Source of the DNA: an archaeon
GTDB lineage: Archaea; Asgardarchaeota; Thorarchaeia; Thorarchaeales; Thorarchaeaceae
Length of the DNA: 64,000 nucleotides
NCBI GenBank assembly: GCA_024276825.1
Contig: JAJRWI010000079.1
Coordinates: 1 to 64,000 of the forward strand
Direction of reading: 5' to 3'
Shown here one piece after another: positions 1 through 9,365 of the stretch. Every line of letters starts with the position of its first letter. Positions within the stretch are counted from its first letter, which is position 1. The translations under genes were made by a program, and so were the position numbers. The notes beneath the pieces are model-generated. The model had not been told where the DNA came from. It saw nothing but the letters and a program-made list of their open reading frames with translations, and ran no database searches.

Positions 1-430
1 AGGATGCCAATGAGAGAATGCCTTCTTGAATGCGTGCTCCCCCTGAGTCGTTTAGACCAATGACTGGAGCACCCGCATCCATGGCAAGGTCCATTATCTT
101 GCAGATTTTCTCACCATACTTCTCACTTAGGGAGCCACCAAAGACAGTAAAGTCCTGACTGAATACAAAGACCTTGCGGCCATTGATTGTTCCAAAGCCA
201 GTGATCACACCATCGCCAAGGTACTTCTTGTCTTCCATGACAAAATCGGTACATCGATGAACAACAAACTCATCAATCTCTACAAATGAGCCAGGGTCGA
301 GAAGCTTCTCTATTCGCTCACGCGCGGTGTATTTTCCACGTTCATGCTGTCGTTTTATTCTCTCTTCGCCACCAGCGAGTTTGGCCTTTTCACGTAGCTC
401 TTTCAGCTTCTCAAATTTCTCATTGGTCAA
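1..430 (-). CDS. pccB: Acyl-CoA carboxyltransferase subunit (propionyl-CoA carboxylase beta / methylmalonyl-CoA decarboxylase alpha), 5' part, runs off window
   Basis: Manual translation from TTG at 430 (SD GAGGTG): [53 protein letters not shown]...[30 protein letters not shown]...[14 protein letters not shown]. Confidence 0.9.
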   Translation of the reverse strand, partial: MTNEKFEKLKELREKAKLAGGEERIKRQHERGKYTARERIEKLLDPGSFVEIDEFVVHRCTDFVMEDKKYLGDGVITGFGTINGRKVFVFSQDFTVFGGSLSEKYGEKICKIMDLAMDAGAPVIGLNDSGGARIQEGILSLAS

Positions 431-497
431 TCAATACACCTCTGCTCTAGCCATGCATGTCAACAAGACATCGATGATATGAACTTTCTGCTGTAAA

Positions 498-2555
498 TCA
501 CAGTGTTGCGGGAATGAACACCCCCACGTTAAAATCAATGCCTTTCGTTGTAGTATATACAAGACCAACATAGTCCAGTCGTTCGTGATGACCAATGGTG
601 GCTACACGTAGGGGATACCTGTAAACCCGGTCCAGTATCATCAATAGGCCATCAACGGTCTCAAAGTCCAGATTGGATGAACTAAGTTCATATAGCATTT
701 CAAGCAATCTTTTTCGCTCAGTTCTAAGAACCAGAAATGATGCGATTGCAAGTGCTGTCATAGTAGTTGCAAACAATAACAGGAATGAGGGTAAAACAAA
801 GTAGACATAGATGAGAATTATTGCAGAAGCCATTACCCAATTAGTCATGAATTTTCGCATTTTCACGGAACTGATCACTTCATCTTCATCCAGATTTCGA
901 CCCGCGTGGAAATCCTTGATTTTCTGCATCTTGTGATATATTGAGTTAAACGATGCTGTTATGATCCATTGCATCATTGAATATCGAGGTGGAGGAGTAG
1001 GATAGAGTATTTTTCCAATATCGCTAATCCCGCTCTCAGTTATTGACAATGAAACGAGGATCATCTCAAGATTTCCTCTAGTGAGTCCAAAGAACATGCG
1101 GCTTCTTCTATAATGTATCCACCACACAGACCCAATAATTATTACCAAAAGCCCAATTGCATGCATTAGCCGGGCCCCAACGATAAATGCATTATCTTTT
1201 GATCGCTCCATTATCACAAATAGCATGGTTGGAATCAAGAAGATTAATCCAGATACAGCAACATAGAATGAGTAGATGTCTTCCTCATAGACATCATTTG
1301 CATTCTTTTTCACACGCCTTACAAATCTCCGAATTGATGGGGGAAGGCTTGACTCATCGAGTTCGTCAGTGTTCACACGAGTTTTCAATTGTATCTGACT
1401 TGGGTCTATTGGCTGAGGACCTGCTCCGATGAAGTCATCCAGATTGACTGTTGGATCATCAAGAAGAGTCATTAGAGGAGTGAACATCAGGCGCACATCT
1501 GAAACTATATGATTGGCATTAGCGCGTCGTCCAAACAGGAGATCATCAAAGGCTGCTAGAACGAATGATAGTAGAATCAGGCCAAACAGTAGAGATAATG
1601 ACAATGACATTAGTGGTTGATAATATGATTCCAAGTAGAGAATCAACGAAACGGTGAATATCAGAAGCCCTCCATATGCAACACGATTGATCTTCACACG
1701 TTCATCAAACTCATGTTTAGACAATCGCCAATGGTGAGCGACTCGACTGAAACTGTGTTCTCTTGCCATGCTTGCAAAAAATATGAACTTAGAGTCAGTA
1801 GGAATTTCAATTATGGGGTTTTCAATAATCTTTATTCGCGATGCAACACGTTGAATTATATCCCCCATCAATCCATCTTGATTGAGGAGAGTTTCAATTG
1901 CTGTTCTTGCTGAAATATCGCCATCATTCTCCACCCGCTTCTTTAGACTGTCAAGAGTTTCATGAGTTGAGGATTCAAGGTTTTTTATCATTCTTTGAAT
2001 TTCATATTTCTTTTTATCTCTCCTCAACAAAAATGTTGGGCTGCAAGGAAGAAAGTCGACTAGAAGCAGTACTACAAATAGCTCTCCAAGTTCATTGACT
2101 ATGAAATAAATGGCCACTTCAATTGAACCCAAGGATGCTGTTGCAAGAACTATTGTGACAAAGACAAGTCCTATGAATACGAATGCAGAAACCCCCCGTG
2201 CAAGATACCCATATGAGAGGATGAATCCCACAAGAATGCCCATGTATGCTGCAAACATCAAATGATAAAGGTCATAGCTAAAATAGAATATGGGGTCCAA
2301 AGAATCAGGTGCGCCAGCCAGAAACCCAAATGCAATTATGAGAGTAATAGCAAAAGGAACAATAAATGGGGCAAGAAGAATGGTCTTCCAATGGCGATAT
2401 AGAAATGAAAACCTCTTGACTTGAAAGTTCACCCGCTTTTTTGCAATCAACACCGATACTGTCAGCGTGAGTAAGAGTGAAATTATCAATAATATGGGAA
2501 AAAGTGCTAATACATAAGAAGACACTTCTAGGGCCATTACTCTACACTGCATCAT
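498..2555 (-). CDS. Multi-pass membrane hypothetical protein
   Basis: 685-aa ORF with many hydrophobic segments; no recognised motif. Confidence 0.7.
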   Translation of the reverse strand: MMQCRVMALEVSSYVLALFPILLIISLLLTLTVSVLIAKKRVNFQVKRFSFLYRHWKTILLAPFIVPFAITLIIAFGFLAGAPDSLDPIFYFSYDLYHLMFAAYMGILVGFILSYGYLARGVSAFVFIGLVFVTIVLATASLGSIEVAIYFIVNELGELFVVLLLVDFLPCSPTFLLRRDKKKYEIQRMIKNLESSTHETLDSLKKRVENDGDISARTAIETLLNQDGLMGDIIQRVASRIKIIENPIIEIPTDSKFIFFASMAREHSFSRVAHHWRLSKHEFDERVKINRVAYGGLLIFTVSLILYLESYYQPLMSLSLSLLFGLILLSFVLAAFDDLLFGRRANANHIVSDVRLMFTPLMTLLDDPTVNLDDFIGAGPQPIDPSQIQLKTRVNTDELDESSLPPSIRRFVRRVKKNANDVYEEDIYSFYVAVSGLIFLIPTMLFVIMERSKDNAFIVGARLMHAIGLLVIIIGSVWWIHYRRSRMFFGLTRGNLEMILVSLSITESGISDIGKILYPTPPPRYSMMQWIITASFNSIYHKMQKIKDFHAGRNLDEDEVISSVKMRKFMTNWVMASAIILIYVYFVLPSFLLLFATTMTALAIASFLVLRTERKRLLEMLYELSSSNLDFETVDGLLMILDRVYRYPLRVATIGHHERLDYVGLVYTTTKGIDFNVGVFIPATL

Positions 2556-2684
2556 TCAATGCTTGCTTTTCTAATATTATTTATTGTCGAAGTAAGCCAA
2601 TCTGTTTTTCATATTTATGTAGCCATATTTAAGTATACATAATAATGCTTATATGTTTTTATAGAATAATTAGCATGATTTGAA

Positions 2685-3002
2685 ATGTCATTCCCACTCA
2701 AACCACCCCCAAGAGTTCGAATAAGCTTTCCAGAAGCCATGTCCAAAATAGTAGAGATTCTTGCTGAAGGGAAGACAATGTCAGTTGCGACATTATCAAG
2801 GATAACTGGCATTGACAGAAGGACCGTGAGCAAGGTATTAGAAACCCTTAATGAGATTCAAAAATCATTACGGGATAAGGAGCTCTTGCTTGGCAAAGTG
2901 GGAAACACATACGCAGTTCAATTGATTCAACGAACTGCAGAGATCAAGAAGCGTATTTCAGAAACGAGTTCTAAGGTTTCTAAGCGAATAAGAAGGAGGT
3001 AA
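2685..3002 (+). CDS. Winged helix-turn-helix DNA-binding protein
   Basis: IVEILAEGKTMSVATLSRITGIDRRTVSKVLETL HTH pattern. Confidence 0.75.
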   Translation: MSFPLKPPPRVRISFPEAMSKIVEILAEGKTMSVATLSRITGIDRRTVSKVLETLNEIQKSLRDKELLLGKVGNTYAVQLIQRTAEIKKRISETSSKVSKRIRRR

Positions 3003-3008
3003 TACCTC

Positions 3009-3536
3009 TTGCGCAGAGTCATCAGCTATTCACTCCTTGTTATATTCCTGATTTCATCCATTATTCTTGAACATCTTCTGTGGCCGATTTATGGATGGTG
3101 TCTAATAATTCAGATTCAGTTTGTGCTTGTGATAAGCACTCTAGGCGAAAACATTGTGTCTTCACAAGGTTACTACACTTATACAAAGAAGAGGATGAAT
3201 GGACCATTTGCTAGAAACGTACCATTATGGATACCTATGATGTGGCTTACTGTGGTTCATGCGTCTTTTCTGATCCCGCTAGTGGTGGGTCTTGATGAGT
3301 TGACAGCTGTGATGCTTTCGGGGATTATTGCTTCAACCTTCGACTGGGCAATAATAGAGCCACTGATGAGTCGTGAGCTGCGTTTGTGGGAGTGGAGGAA
3401 AGTCGAAAAGGGATACTTCCATTTTGTGCCTGAGGAGATCAATAGATTTACTGCGCCATTTGGGAACTATCTCACGTGGTTCCTCTTTGTTGGAATGGCA
3501 AACTTCCTGCTGATCAGTATTGGAATGTTTGTTTGA
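3009..3536 (+). CDS. Carotenoid biosynthesis protein-like membrane protein (CruF/DUF422 family)
   Basis: VPLWIPMMW, FDWAIIEP, LWEW and APFGNYLTWF motifs typical of the family. Confidence 0.6.
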   Translation: MRRVISYSLLVIFLISSIILEHLLWPIYGWCLIIQIQFVLVISTLGENIVSSQGYYTYTKKRMNGPFARNVPLWIPMMWLTVVHASFLIPLVVGLDELTAVMLSGIIASTFDWAIIEPLMSRELRLWEWRKVEKGYFHFVPEEINRFTAPFGNYLTWFLFVGMANFLLISIGMFV

Positions 3537-3665
3537 CTTGGCATGATACTGCTAATAACTGAACGATAGAATGAATACGTTTGGATTTAATTTATCTGCA
3601 AATTATGACTATTCAAAATCACTCAGTCTTGACATCTGCAAGCAGATTGAGCGGAGAGATGAAAC

Positions 3666-3839
3666 ATGTCAGAGAATATTAAGAAATTTGTAAGTGTAAT
3701 CGGCGGCAAACTTGATCTCACCTGTGACGAGTGTGGAGGAAGGATGCGTCCAGGCGGCCACTATCAATTGGACGTTGGGGACAAGTCATACCAGTTCTGC
3801 AGCGAAAAATGCATGGAAGCCTTCGAAGCCAAACATTAG
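3666..3839 (+). CDS. Small TRASH/YHS-type metal-binding protein (57 aa, absent from ORF track)
   Basis: MSENIKKFVSVIGGKLDLTCDECGGRMRPGGHYQLDVGDKSYQFCSEKCMEAFEAKH; CxxC...YxFCSxxC; GGAG upstream. Confidence 0.8.
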   Translation: MSENIKKFVSVIGGKLDLTCDECGGRMRPGGHYQLDVGDKSYQFCSEKCMEAFEAKH

Positions 3840-3848
3840 AATGGAAAA

Positions 3849-3877
3849 GCTTCCGGGGATTGCAATCCCCTGGAAGC
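3849..3877. terminator. Hairpin between convergent genes
   Basis: GCTTCCGGGGAT-TGCA-ATCCCCTGGAAGC. Confidence 0.5.
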
Positions 3878-3937
3878 AATTTTCTTAGTATTTTTCATGA
3901 CATTTCACAATTCCGACGAGGATTGATGATTCCATAT

Positions 3938-4426
3938 CTAGAAGGGGCGCAATGTCCAAATCCGACGAATTTCAAGTAGCAGTACAATTATCACTATCAC
4001 ACTTGTGGAGATAAATAAGACATCAGTGCCATCGATGGGGAGAGAGAAAAACCAGAGAGAATAGGCGGCCAGAACAAGTGAAACAAGAGACACAAGGAAG
4101 ACGAATCGAGGCATGAGATACTTGCCAATCTTAACAAACAGAGTCATAGATCCCACAAAGACTTCTTTCTGAACACGATATTCGCCATGATTGTCCTTCA
4201 CAACAATACCGCCTTCAACCAGTTTTGTGAGATGGTGTAAAGCAAGACTCGGACTTGATAAACTCAGCTCCCTAGAAACCTCTCGAACTCCCATTTTCCC
4301 CTTGGTCAGAAGCAGGGCATAAATGCTCATTGTCTTGCCCTGCAACAGGGCCTCAATCATTTCGCGTTCTGTCTTCTCTACCAATTCTGATTCCTCATAT
4401 AGAGCGGGGAGAATATGTCCCCGCAT
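3938..4426 (-). CDS. ArsR-like wHTH regulator with two C-terminal TM helices
   Basis: MGVREVSRELSLSSPSLALHHLTKLVEGGIV followed by two hydrophobic helices. Confidence 0.8.
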   Translation of the reverse strand: MRGHILPALYEESELVEKTEREMIEALLQGKTMSIYALLLTKGKMGVREVSRELSLSSPSLALHHLTKLVEGGIVVKDNHGEYRVQKEVFVGSMTLFVKIGKYLMPRFVFLVSLVSLVLAAYSLWFFSLPIDGTDVLFISTSVIVIIVLLLEIRRIWTLRPF

Positions 4427-5202
4427 TATGGAGGATGTGTGATGGTCGATGTTATTACATTGTACATTAGAGTCTTCGGTGCATCTAGGAGGCCGTTCTC
4501 AGTCAACCATTTGCCATTCTCAAAGTCATATTCGGAAACCTCAGGCCAGCCCCACTCAAGGAAATGGCCGGTCCATGTACCATTGAGAATGAATACCAAG
4601 TTTGAAGTTGCAAACGAGCCAATGTAGAAGAACGTGAGATCGTCAAAATAGATTTCAATAAAGAAGTCAAGGTCAGAATAATCGGGATGTTGTGGGTGTG
4701 ACTGGGCATCAGTCATTTGCCCAATGCCATCATCGACCAGTGCGCCACTTATGGAGTCCCAGTCATCATTTGTTATCTGTCCATAGCCTGTAAGATTTGC
4801 GAAATAGGGTGCAAATAGTAATTTTACATAGCATCCAGTATCGTTGCGGATCATATATAGCCCATCAACGTAGGCACCTTCATCATATGACTTGTAATAA
4901 TTTGTCAGCTCAACATTTACAAAGCTATTATTACAAGACCACATGAAGACAGCATTATCGCGCTTGCTGTTAATATATTGTGCAGCCAAGGGCCCATAGC
5001 CTCCAGCAGGAGGGTTCGTGGTGTTTGGGTTTGTGGGGCCTTGGGATGTCCAGAAGGCCACAATAATAAGACTAGAACCAACAATGAGGGCAACCATTAT
5101 GGCGGCGAAATAGGTGCGGTTCAGTCCTGAATTATACTCTTTCAAATTCTTCACCGCTTTTAATATGTAACAAAGGAATATGATTCTATGTTTCAAACGC
5201 AC
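4426..5202 (-). CDS. Membrane-anchored extracellular hypothetical protein (true start probably near 5147)
   Basis: N-terminal TM, T/P/N-rich linker, acidic domain with NxS/T sequons; overlaps downstream regulator start. Confidence 0.7.
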   Translation of the reverse strand: MRLKHRIIFLCYILKAVKNLKEYNSGLNRTYFAAIMVALIVGSSLIIVAFWTSQGPTNPNTTNPPAGGYGPLAAQYINSKRDNAVFMWSCNNSFVNVELTNYYKSYDEGAYVDGLYMIRNDTGCYVKLLFAPYFANLTGYGQITNDDWDSISGALVDDGIGQMTDAQSHPQHPDYSDLDFFIEIYFDDLTFFYIGSFATSNLVFILNGTWTGHFLEWGWPEVSEYDFENGKWLTENGLLDAPKTLMYNVITSTITHPP

Positions 5203-5203
5203 A

Positions 5204-5221
5204 TGTTCAAGAGTTTGAACA
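5204..5221. promoter_or_regulatory. Inverted repeat, possible operator
   Basis: TGTTCAA-GAGT-TTGAACA in the divergent promoter region. Confidence 0.35.
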
Positions 5222-5323
5222 GTAATTTTCAGTAGAATTCTGTAAACTTCTATGCCAGTTCTTGCGAAGGATTAAATTTGGATAATGAGAATATGAAGAG
5301 GCTAAAGTGGATGTTGTTATATC

Positions 5324-8300
5324 ATGAGTTCGAGTATGGAGGACGAATTGCACAAATGGATCAGGATAGTAGATGCACTAATAGAGTGGGCAATGATTGT
5401 GGATAGTAACAGCAGGATTGTCCATTGTAATAGTGCATTGGCAAGGGGGATTGGAGTTGCACAAGGAGAATTAATCGGATTAGGGTTGGGAAATATTCTA
5501 AGATTTGATTCAGGCGTTGAATTGCCGATCACATTGGTAGAGCCTTCCGAGTCAATTCAAGCAATAATAATGACAAGAGAGGGCACTGCTATTGAAACAG
5601 ACATAAGAAGCGCAAGAGTCCGAGAGGGCTATTCAGTTCTCATTCTTGAAACTCCAAAAGAAATGGAAATCCTACAAGTGTTAGATCAGGGTCTTAATGC
5701 AGCAGTAATTATCAATAATGAGAGATTAATAATTGATGCAAATCAAAGAATGGTTGATATGTTGAAATTGCATTCTAAGAGCGAATTAGTGGGTCATGAT
5801 ATTTTGGACTTCATTTCCAAGGATCATAAGGACAGGGTCATTAATGCTTTAGAAATGATGACGAGGGGAGAATCTGATAGTGGGGATTGGCTAGAGATGG
5901 GGATTGTTCGAGGCGATGGTTCTGACATGTTAATTGACATGAAACTAATGGAGAATAGGTCACCATCATCCTCGGATAGTAGATTAATCATTGCTGTTTT
6001 TCAAGACCACTCGGAAATAAGAACTGCTTTAAAAAGAGCTCAAGAAGAGATACATCTGGTCAGGTCGTATCTTGAAATTGCAGGAGTGATTTTCATTGCA
6101 CTAGATCGTAATGCAAAAATCACGTTCATTAACAGTAGAGGCTGTGATGTATTAGGGTATTCTTATGATGAATTGATTGGGAAGAGTTGGTTTGATTTTG
6201 TGCCAGCAAATGCAGTGGATGATGTAAGAAGAATGTTTCATAAGCTGATAAATGGAAAGGTGGAAGGAGTCCGACTAAGAAGAGAGATTGTGACTAAAGA
6301 GATGGGAAAACGACTGATTGAATGGAACACGGTCATTGTGAAAGATGAAAAGGGACTCATTCAAGGATTGATTTCTTCAGGTGAAGACATCACTGAGCTA
6401 ATTGAGGCTCAAAAAAAGCTTGAAGAATCAGAGAGAAAATACAGGTCCGTGATAGAACAGTCGCTCACTGGTATAGTGATAATAGCCAATGATGGAGAGA
6501 TTCTTTTTGGCAATCCAGCGATAGAGGCATTCTTAGGAATGCAAGAATTAAGCAGTCCCAGCACTAAGGAATATATGCAGAGAGTGATTCATCCAGAAGA
6601 CCTTGATAGATTTGAGCAGTTTGTCAGAACCTGTATGAGAGAAGGGAGTCATCAGTCTATTAGAATAAGGATAGACAACGAAGGTAGAAACATAAGGTGG
6701 CTAGAGTTAATTGGTAATAGAGTCAGTTTTCTACAGGAAGAAGTAGTTCAAATTGTCGCAATCGATATCACTCAAAACATGAAACTTGAGGAGGCAATGG
6801 ATCGCCAGAATCGTGCAATTGCGAGTATTGCTAATGCAACCATTAAGTTGAGCAACATTGAGGACATCGGGGAGAACCTTATCAGAGGGATAGTGAGTGC
6901 ATATGAGTTTGATGGAGGTGTACTACGCCTTTACAATCAAAAAAAGAAATGCTTTGAAGTTGCTAAAAGTATTGGAATGAATAGACATATTTTTGCAGAC
7001 AAGGTTCCATTGGATGATGAGATGTTTTTTACCGCATATGTCGCTAGAATGAGAAAGTCAGTTTTCAGTGAAGATATAGAAACGGACCCAGAGATTGAAA
7101 AGTATCGAAACAGACTTCGATCTATGGGGGTTCGTTCACTAGCGTCAATTCCAATCCTTGATGAACATAATGAGTTGTTGGCAATACTGAATCTATTCAA
7201 CAGAAAACCGAGGGAGTTTGTTCCAGATGACAAAAAATTCTTGAGGACTTTGGAAAGAGGGCTTTCAAATCTAATTCAAAGACTAATTATAGAAAGAGAG
7301 TTAATATTGAGTGAGGAACAGTTAAGGAGGGTAATGACGGATATCGATGAGGGAGTGATTATTGCAGAATTTGAAAACGGCTTGATATTTGCGAATGACA
7401 AGTTTCAGGAGATCATTGGATATGATGCGGAAGAGTTGGCCAAAATGACTCTAAGGGATGTTATTGTATCTGATGATTATGGATTGATTGAAGAAGAGAA
7501 TGTAAAGAGGGCAAATGGTGAGTCGTCGGTATTTAAATGTAGAATGGTGACCAAGAATGGTGAAATAAGAACTGTTCGTGTATCAGCAGTGCCTTTTAGA
7601 GACAAGGGGGGACAGATAATTGGGTCCATTTCAATTATCTCAGACCTCACTGGTCAAATAATTGCAGATGAGATGAGAAGAATTTCAGAACTCAAATTCA
7701 GAAAGTTCTTTGAGAATTTGCCAATTGGAGTTCAATTTATAGAATTTCGTGAACCAGACAGATTCTTTCTAGTAGATGTTAATCAAGCCGCAGTGCAAAT
7801 AATGAGTGAAAAATTGGAAAAGTTTGTTGGTACCAATTTGAAAGAAACAGTTCCCCCCAGTCATAAAGAGTTCTTGGAATATTATCTTCAAGTAATAGGA
7901 TCGGGAAAGCCTTGGCATGGTGAGAGAGTGATTGAAAGAAATGGAGAAGTTTCAGTCGCTATTGAGTCTCACGCCTTCTTGGTATTGCCCAACCTCTTAG
8001 CAGTGACAGTGATTGATATTACTGAAAGGGCAAGGACTAGACGGGAGATACAGAGGATGAATGAACAATTAGGCGAACTAGTTCAATTTCGGACTGCAGA
8101 ACTAGAAGAGGCAAACAGAGAATTGGAGGCATTTGCATATTCTGTTTCGCACGACCTTCGAGCACCTTTGAGAAGTGTTGATGGATTCAGCAAGGCAATA
8201 TTGGAAGACTATGAGACAATTCTTGATGAAACTGGCAAGGACTACTTACATAGACTGAGAGCTGCGGCTATTCGCATGGGGAAAATGATTGATGATATAT

Positions 8301-8782
8301 TGAGATTATCGCGGGTGACTCGGGTGACTCTAACCCGCGATAAGGTGAATTTGTCAAGAATTGTCAGAGAGATTATGGGAAGATTGCAAAATTCGGAGAG
8401 TGAACGACTAGTAAATGTTGTAATTGAGGAGGGGGCATTTGCAGTCTGTGATAAGAGGCTAATCACCATTGCCCTACAGAATTTGTTGGAAAATGCTTGG
8501 AAGTACACAAGAAAGACTAATGATGCAGTCATTCAATTTGGGCAAAGAGATGAGAATGGGCAGCGTGTATTCTTTGTCAAGGATAATGGCATAGGGTTTG
8601 ATATGAAATATGAAGACAGGTTGTTCACACCATTTCAAAGATTACATGCATTAGGTGACTTTGAGGGCACAGGAATTGGTCTGTCAATTGTCAAGCGCAT
8701 TATCAATAAGCACGGGGGAAGAATATGGGCAAGGAGTAGTATTGGGGATGGGACAACATTCTTTTTCACACTTTCTGAGTAA
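5324..8782 (+). CDS. Multi-PAS/GAF sensor histidine kinase
   Basis: Several PAS/PAC repeats, a GAF domain, H-box FAYSVSHDLRAPLR, NLLENAWKY, DNGIGF, GTGIGL. Confidence 0.95.
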   Translation: MSSSMEDELHKWIRIVDALIEWAMIVDSNSRIVHCNSALARGIGVAQGELIGLGLGNILRFDSGVELPITLVEPSESIQAIIMTREGTAIETDIRSARVREGYSVLILETPKEMEILQVLDQGLNAAVIINNERLIIDANQRMVDMLKLHSKSELVGHDILDFISKDHKDRVINALEMMTRGESDSGDWLEMGIVRGDGSDMLIDMKLMENRSPSSSDSRLIIAVFQDHSEIRTALKRAQEEIHLVRSYLEIAGVIFIALDRNAKITFINSRGCDVLGYSYDELIGKSWFDFVPANAVDDVRRMFHKLINGKVEGVRLRREIVTKEMGKRLIEWNTVIVKDEKGLIQGLISSGEDITELIEAQKKLEESERKYRSVIEQSLTGIVIIANDGEILFGNPAIEAFLGMQELSSPSTKEYMQRVIHPEDLDRFEQFVRTCMREGSHQSIRIRIDNEGRNIRWLELIGNRVSFLQEEVVQIVAIDITQNMKLEEAMDRQNRAIASIANATIKLSNIEDIGENLIRGIVSAYEFDGGVLRLYNQKKKCFEVAKSIGMNRHIFADKVPLDDEMFFTAYVARMRKSVFSEDIETDPEIEKYRNRLRSMGVRSLASIPILDEHNELLAILNLFNRKPREFVPDDKKFLRTLERGLSNLIQRLIIERELILSEEQLRRVMTDIDEGVIIAEFENGLIFANDKFQEIIGYDAEELAKMTLRDVIVSDDYGLIEEENVKRANGESSVFKCRMVTKNGEIRTVRVSAVPFRDKGGQIIGSISIISDLTGQIIADEMRRISELKFRKFFENLPIGVQFIEFREPDRFFLVDVNQAAVQIMSEKLEKFVGTNLKETVPPSHKEFLEYYLQVIGSGKPWHGERVIERNGEVSVAIESHAFLVLPNLLAVTVIDITERARTRREIQRMNEQLGELVQFRTAELEEANRELEAFAYSVSHDLRAPLRSVDGFSKAILEDYETILDETGKDYLHRLRAAAIRMGKMIDDILRLSRVTRVTLTRDKVNLSRIVREIMGRLQNSESERLVNVVIEEGAFAVCDKRLITIALQNLLENAWKYTRKTNDAVIQFGQRDENGQRVFFVKDNGIGFDMKYEDRLFTPFQRLHALGDFEGTGIGLSIVKRIINKHGGRIWARSSIGDGTTFFFTLSE

Positions 8783-8890
8783 TTTGACAGAATTCATTGC
8801 ATGCAAAAAATATACTAGGTTATGGGACAAATCTATGATGACACGACATTCTGATAGGGCACTACTAGTAACATATGTGCCAGGGTCCGA

Positions 8891-9364
8891 ATGAACTTTG
8901 TAGTAAAGAAGGGAGATCTATTGGAAGAGAAAACGATACTGCTAGTGGAAGATAATCAAGATGATGTCATACTAACAAAGCGTGCTCTAAAAAAAGCAAA
9001 CATTCTGAATAAAATAGTTGTATGCAGTGATGGAATAGAGGCCCTTGAATATCTGAGAGATGAGGGGGAGTTCAGCAATAAAGAAACTCAGGGCTATCCA
9101 GAGGTCATTCTACTCGATCTCAAAATGCCAAGGATGAGTGGTATTGAGTTTCTAAAAGAGATCAGGAATGACCCGAAATTGAGGTTCATCCCTGTAGTAA
9201 TACTCACCTCATCGAAGGAGGAGCAGGATGTAATAGAGAGTTATGACATGGGGGCCAACAGTTACATAAGAAAGCCTGTGGACTTTGATCAATTCGTAGC
9301 CGCAATTCAGACCTTGGGCCTATACTGGCTCGTTCTGAACATTGCCCCGAAGGGGGGAACGTGA
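8891..9364 (+). CDS. Single-domain response regulator (Rcp1-like)
   Basis: ILLVEDNQDD, LLDLKMP, ILTSS, GANSYIRKP, YWL. Confidence 0.95.
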   Translation: MNFVVKKGDLLEEKTILLVEDNQDDVILTKRALKKANILNKIVVCSDGIEALEYLRDEGEFSNKETQGYPEVILLDLKMPRMSGIEFLKEIRNDPKLRFIPVVILTSSKEEQDVIESYDMGANSYIRKPVDFDQFVAAIQTLGLYWLVLNIAPKGGT

Positions 9365-9365
9365 A

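Noticed and set aside
3731-3979. 82-aa ORF in the track
   Set aside because: Overlaps the better-supported TRASH ORF in another frame and runs through the hairpin.
5324-8782. Kinase as a phytochrome
   Set aside because: The transmitter and Rcp1-like partner are phytochrome-type, but no PAS-GAF-PHY bilin motifs (DIP, PRxSF) are visible.
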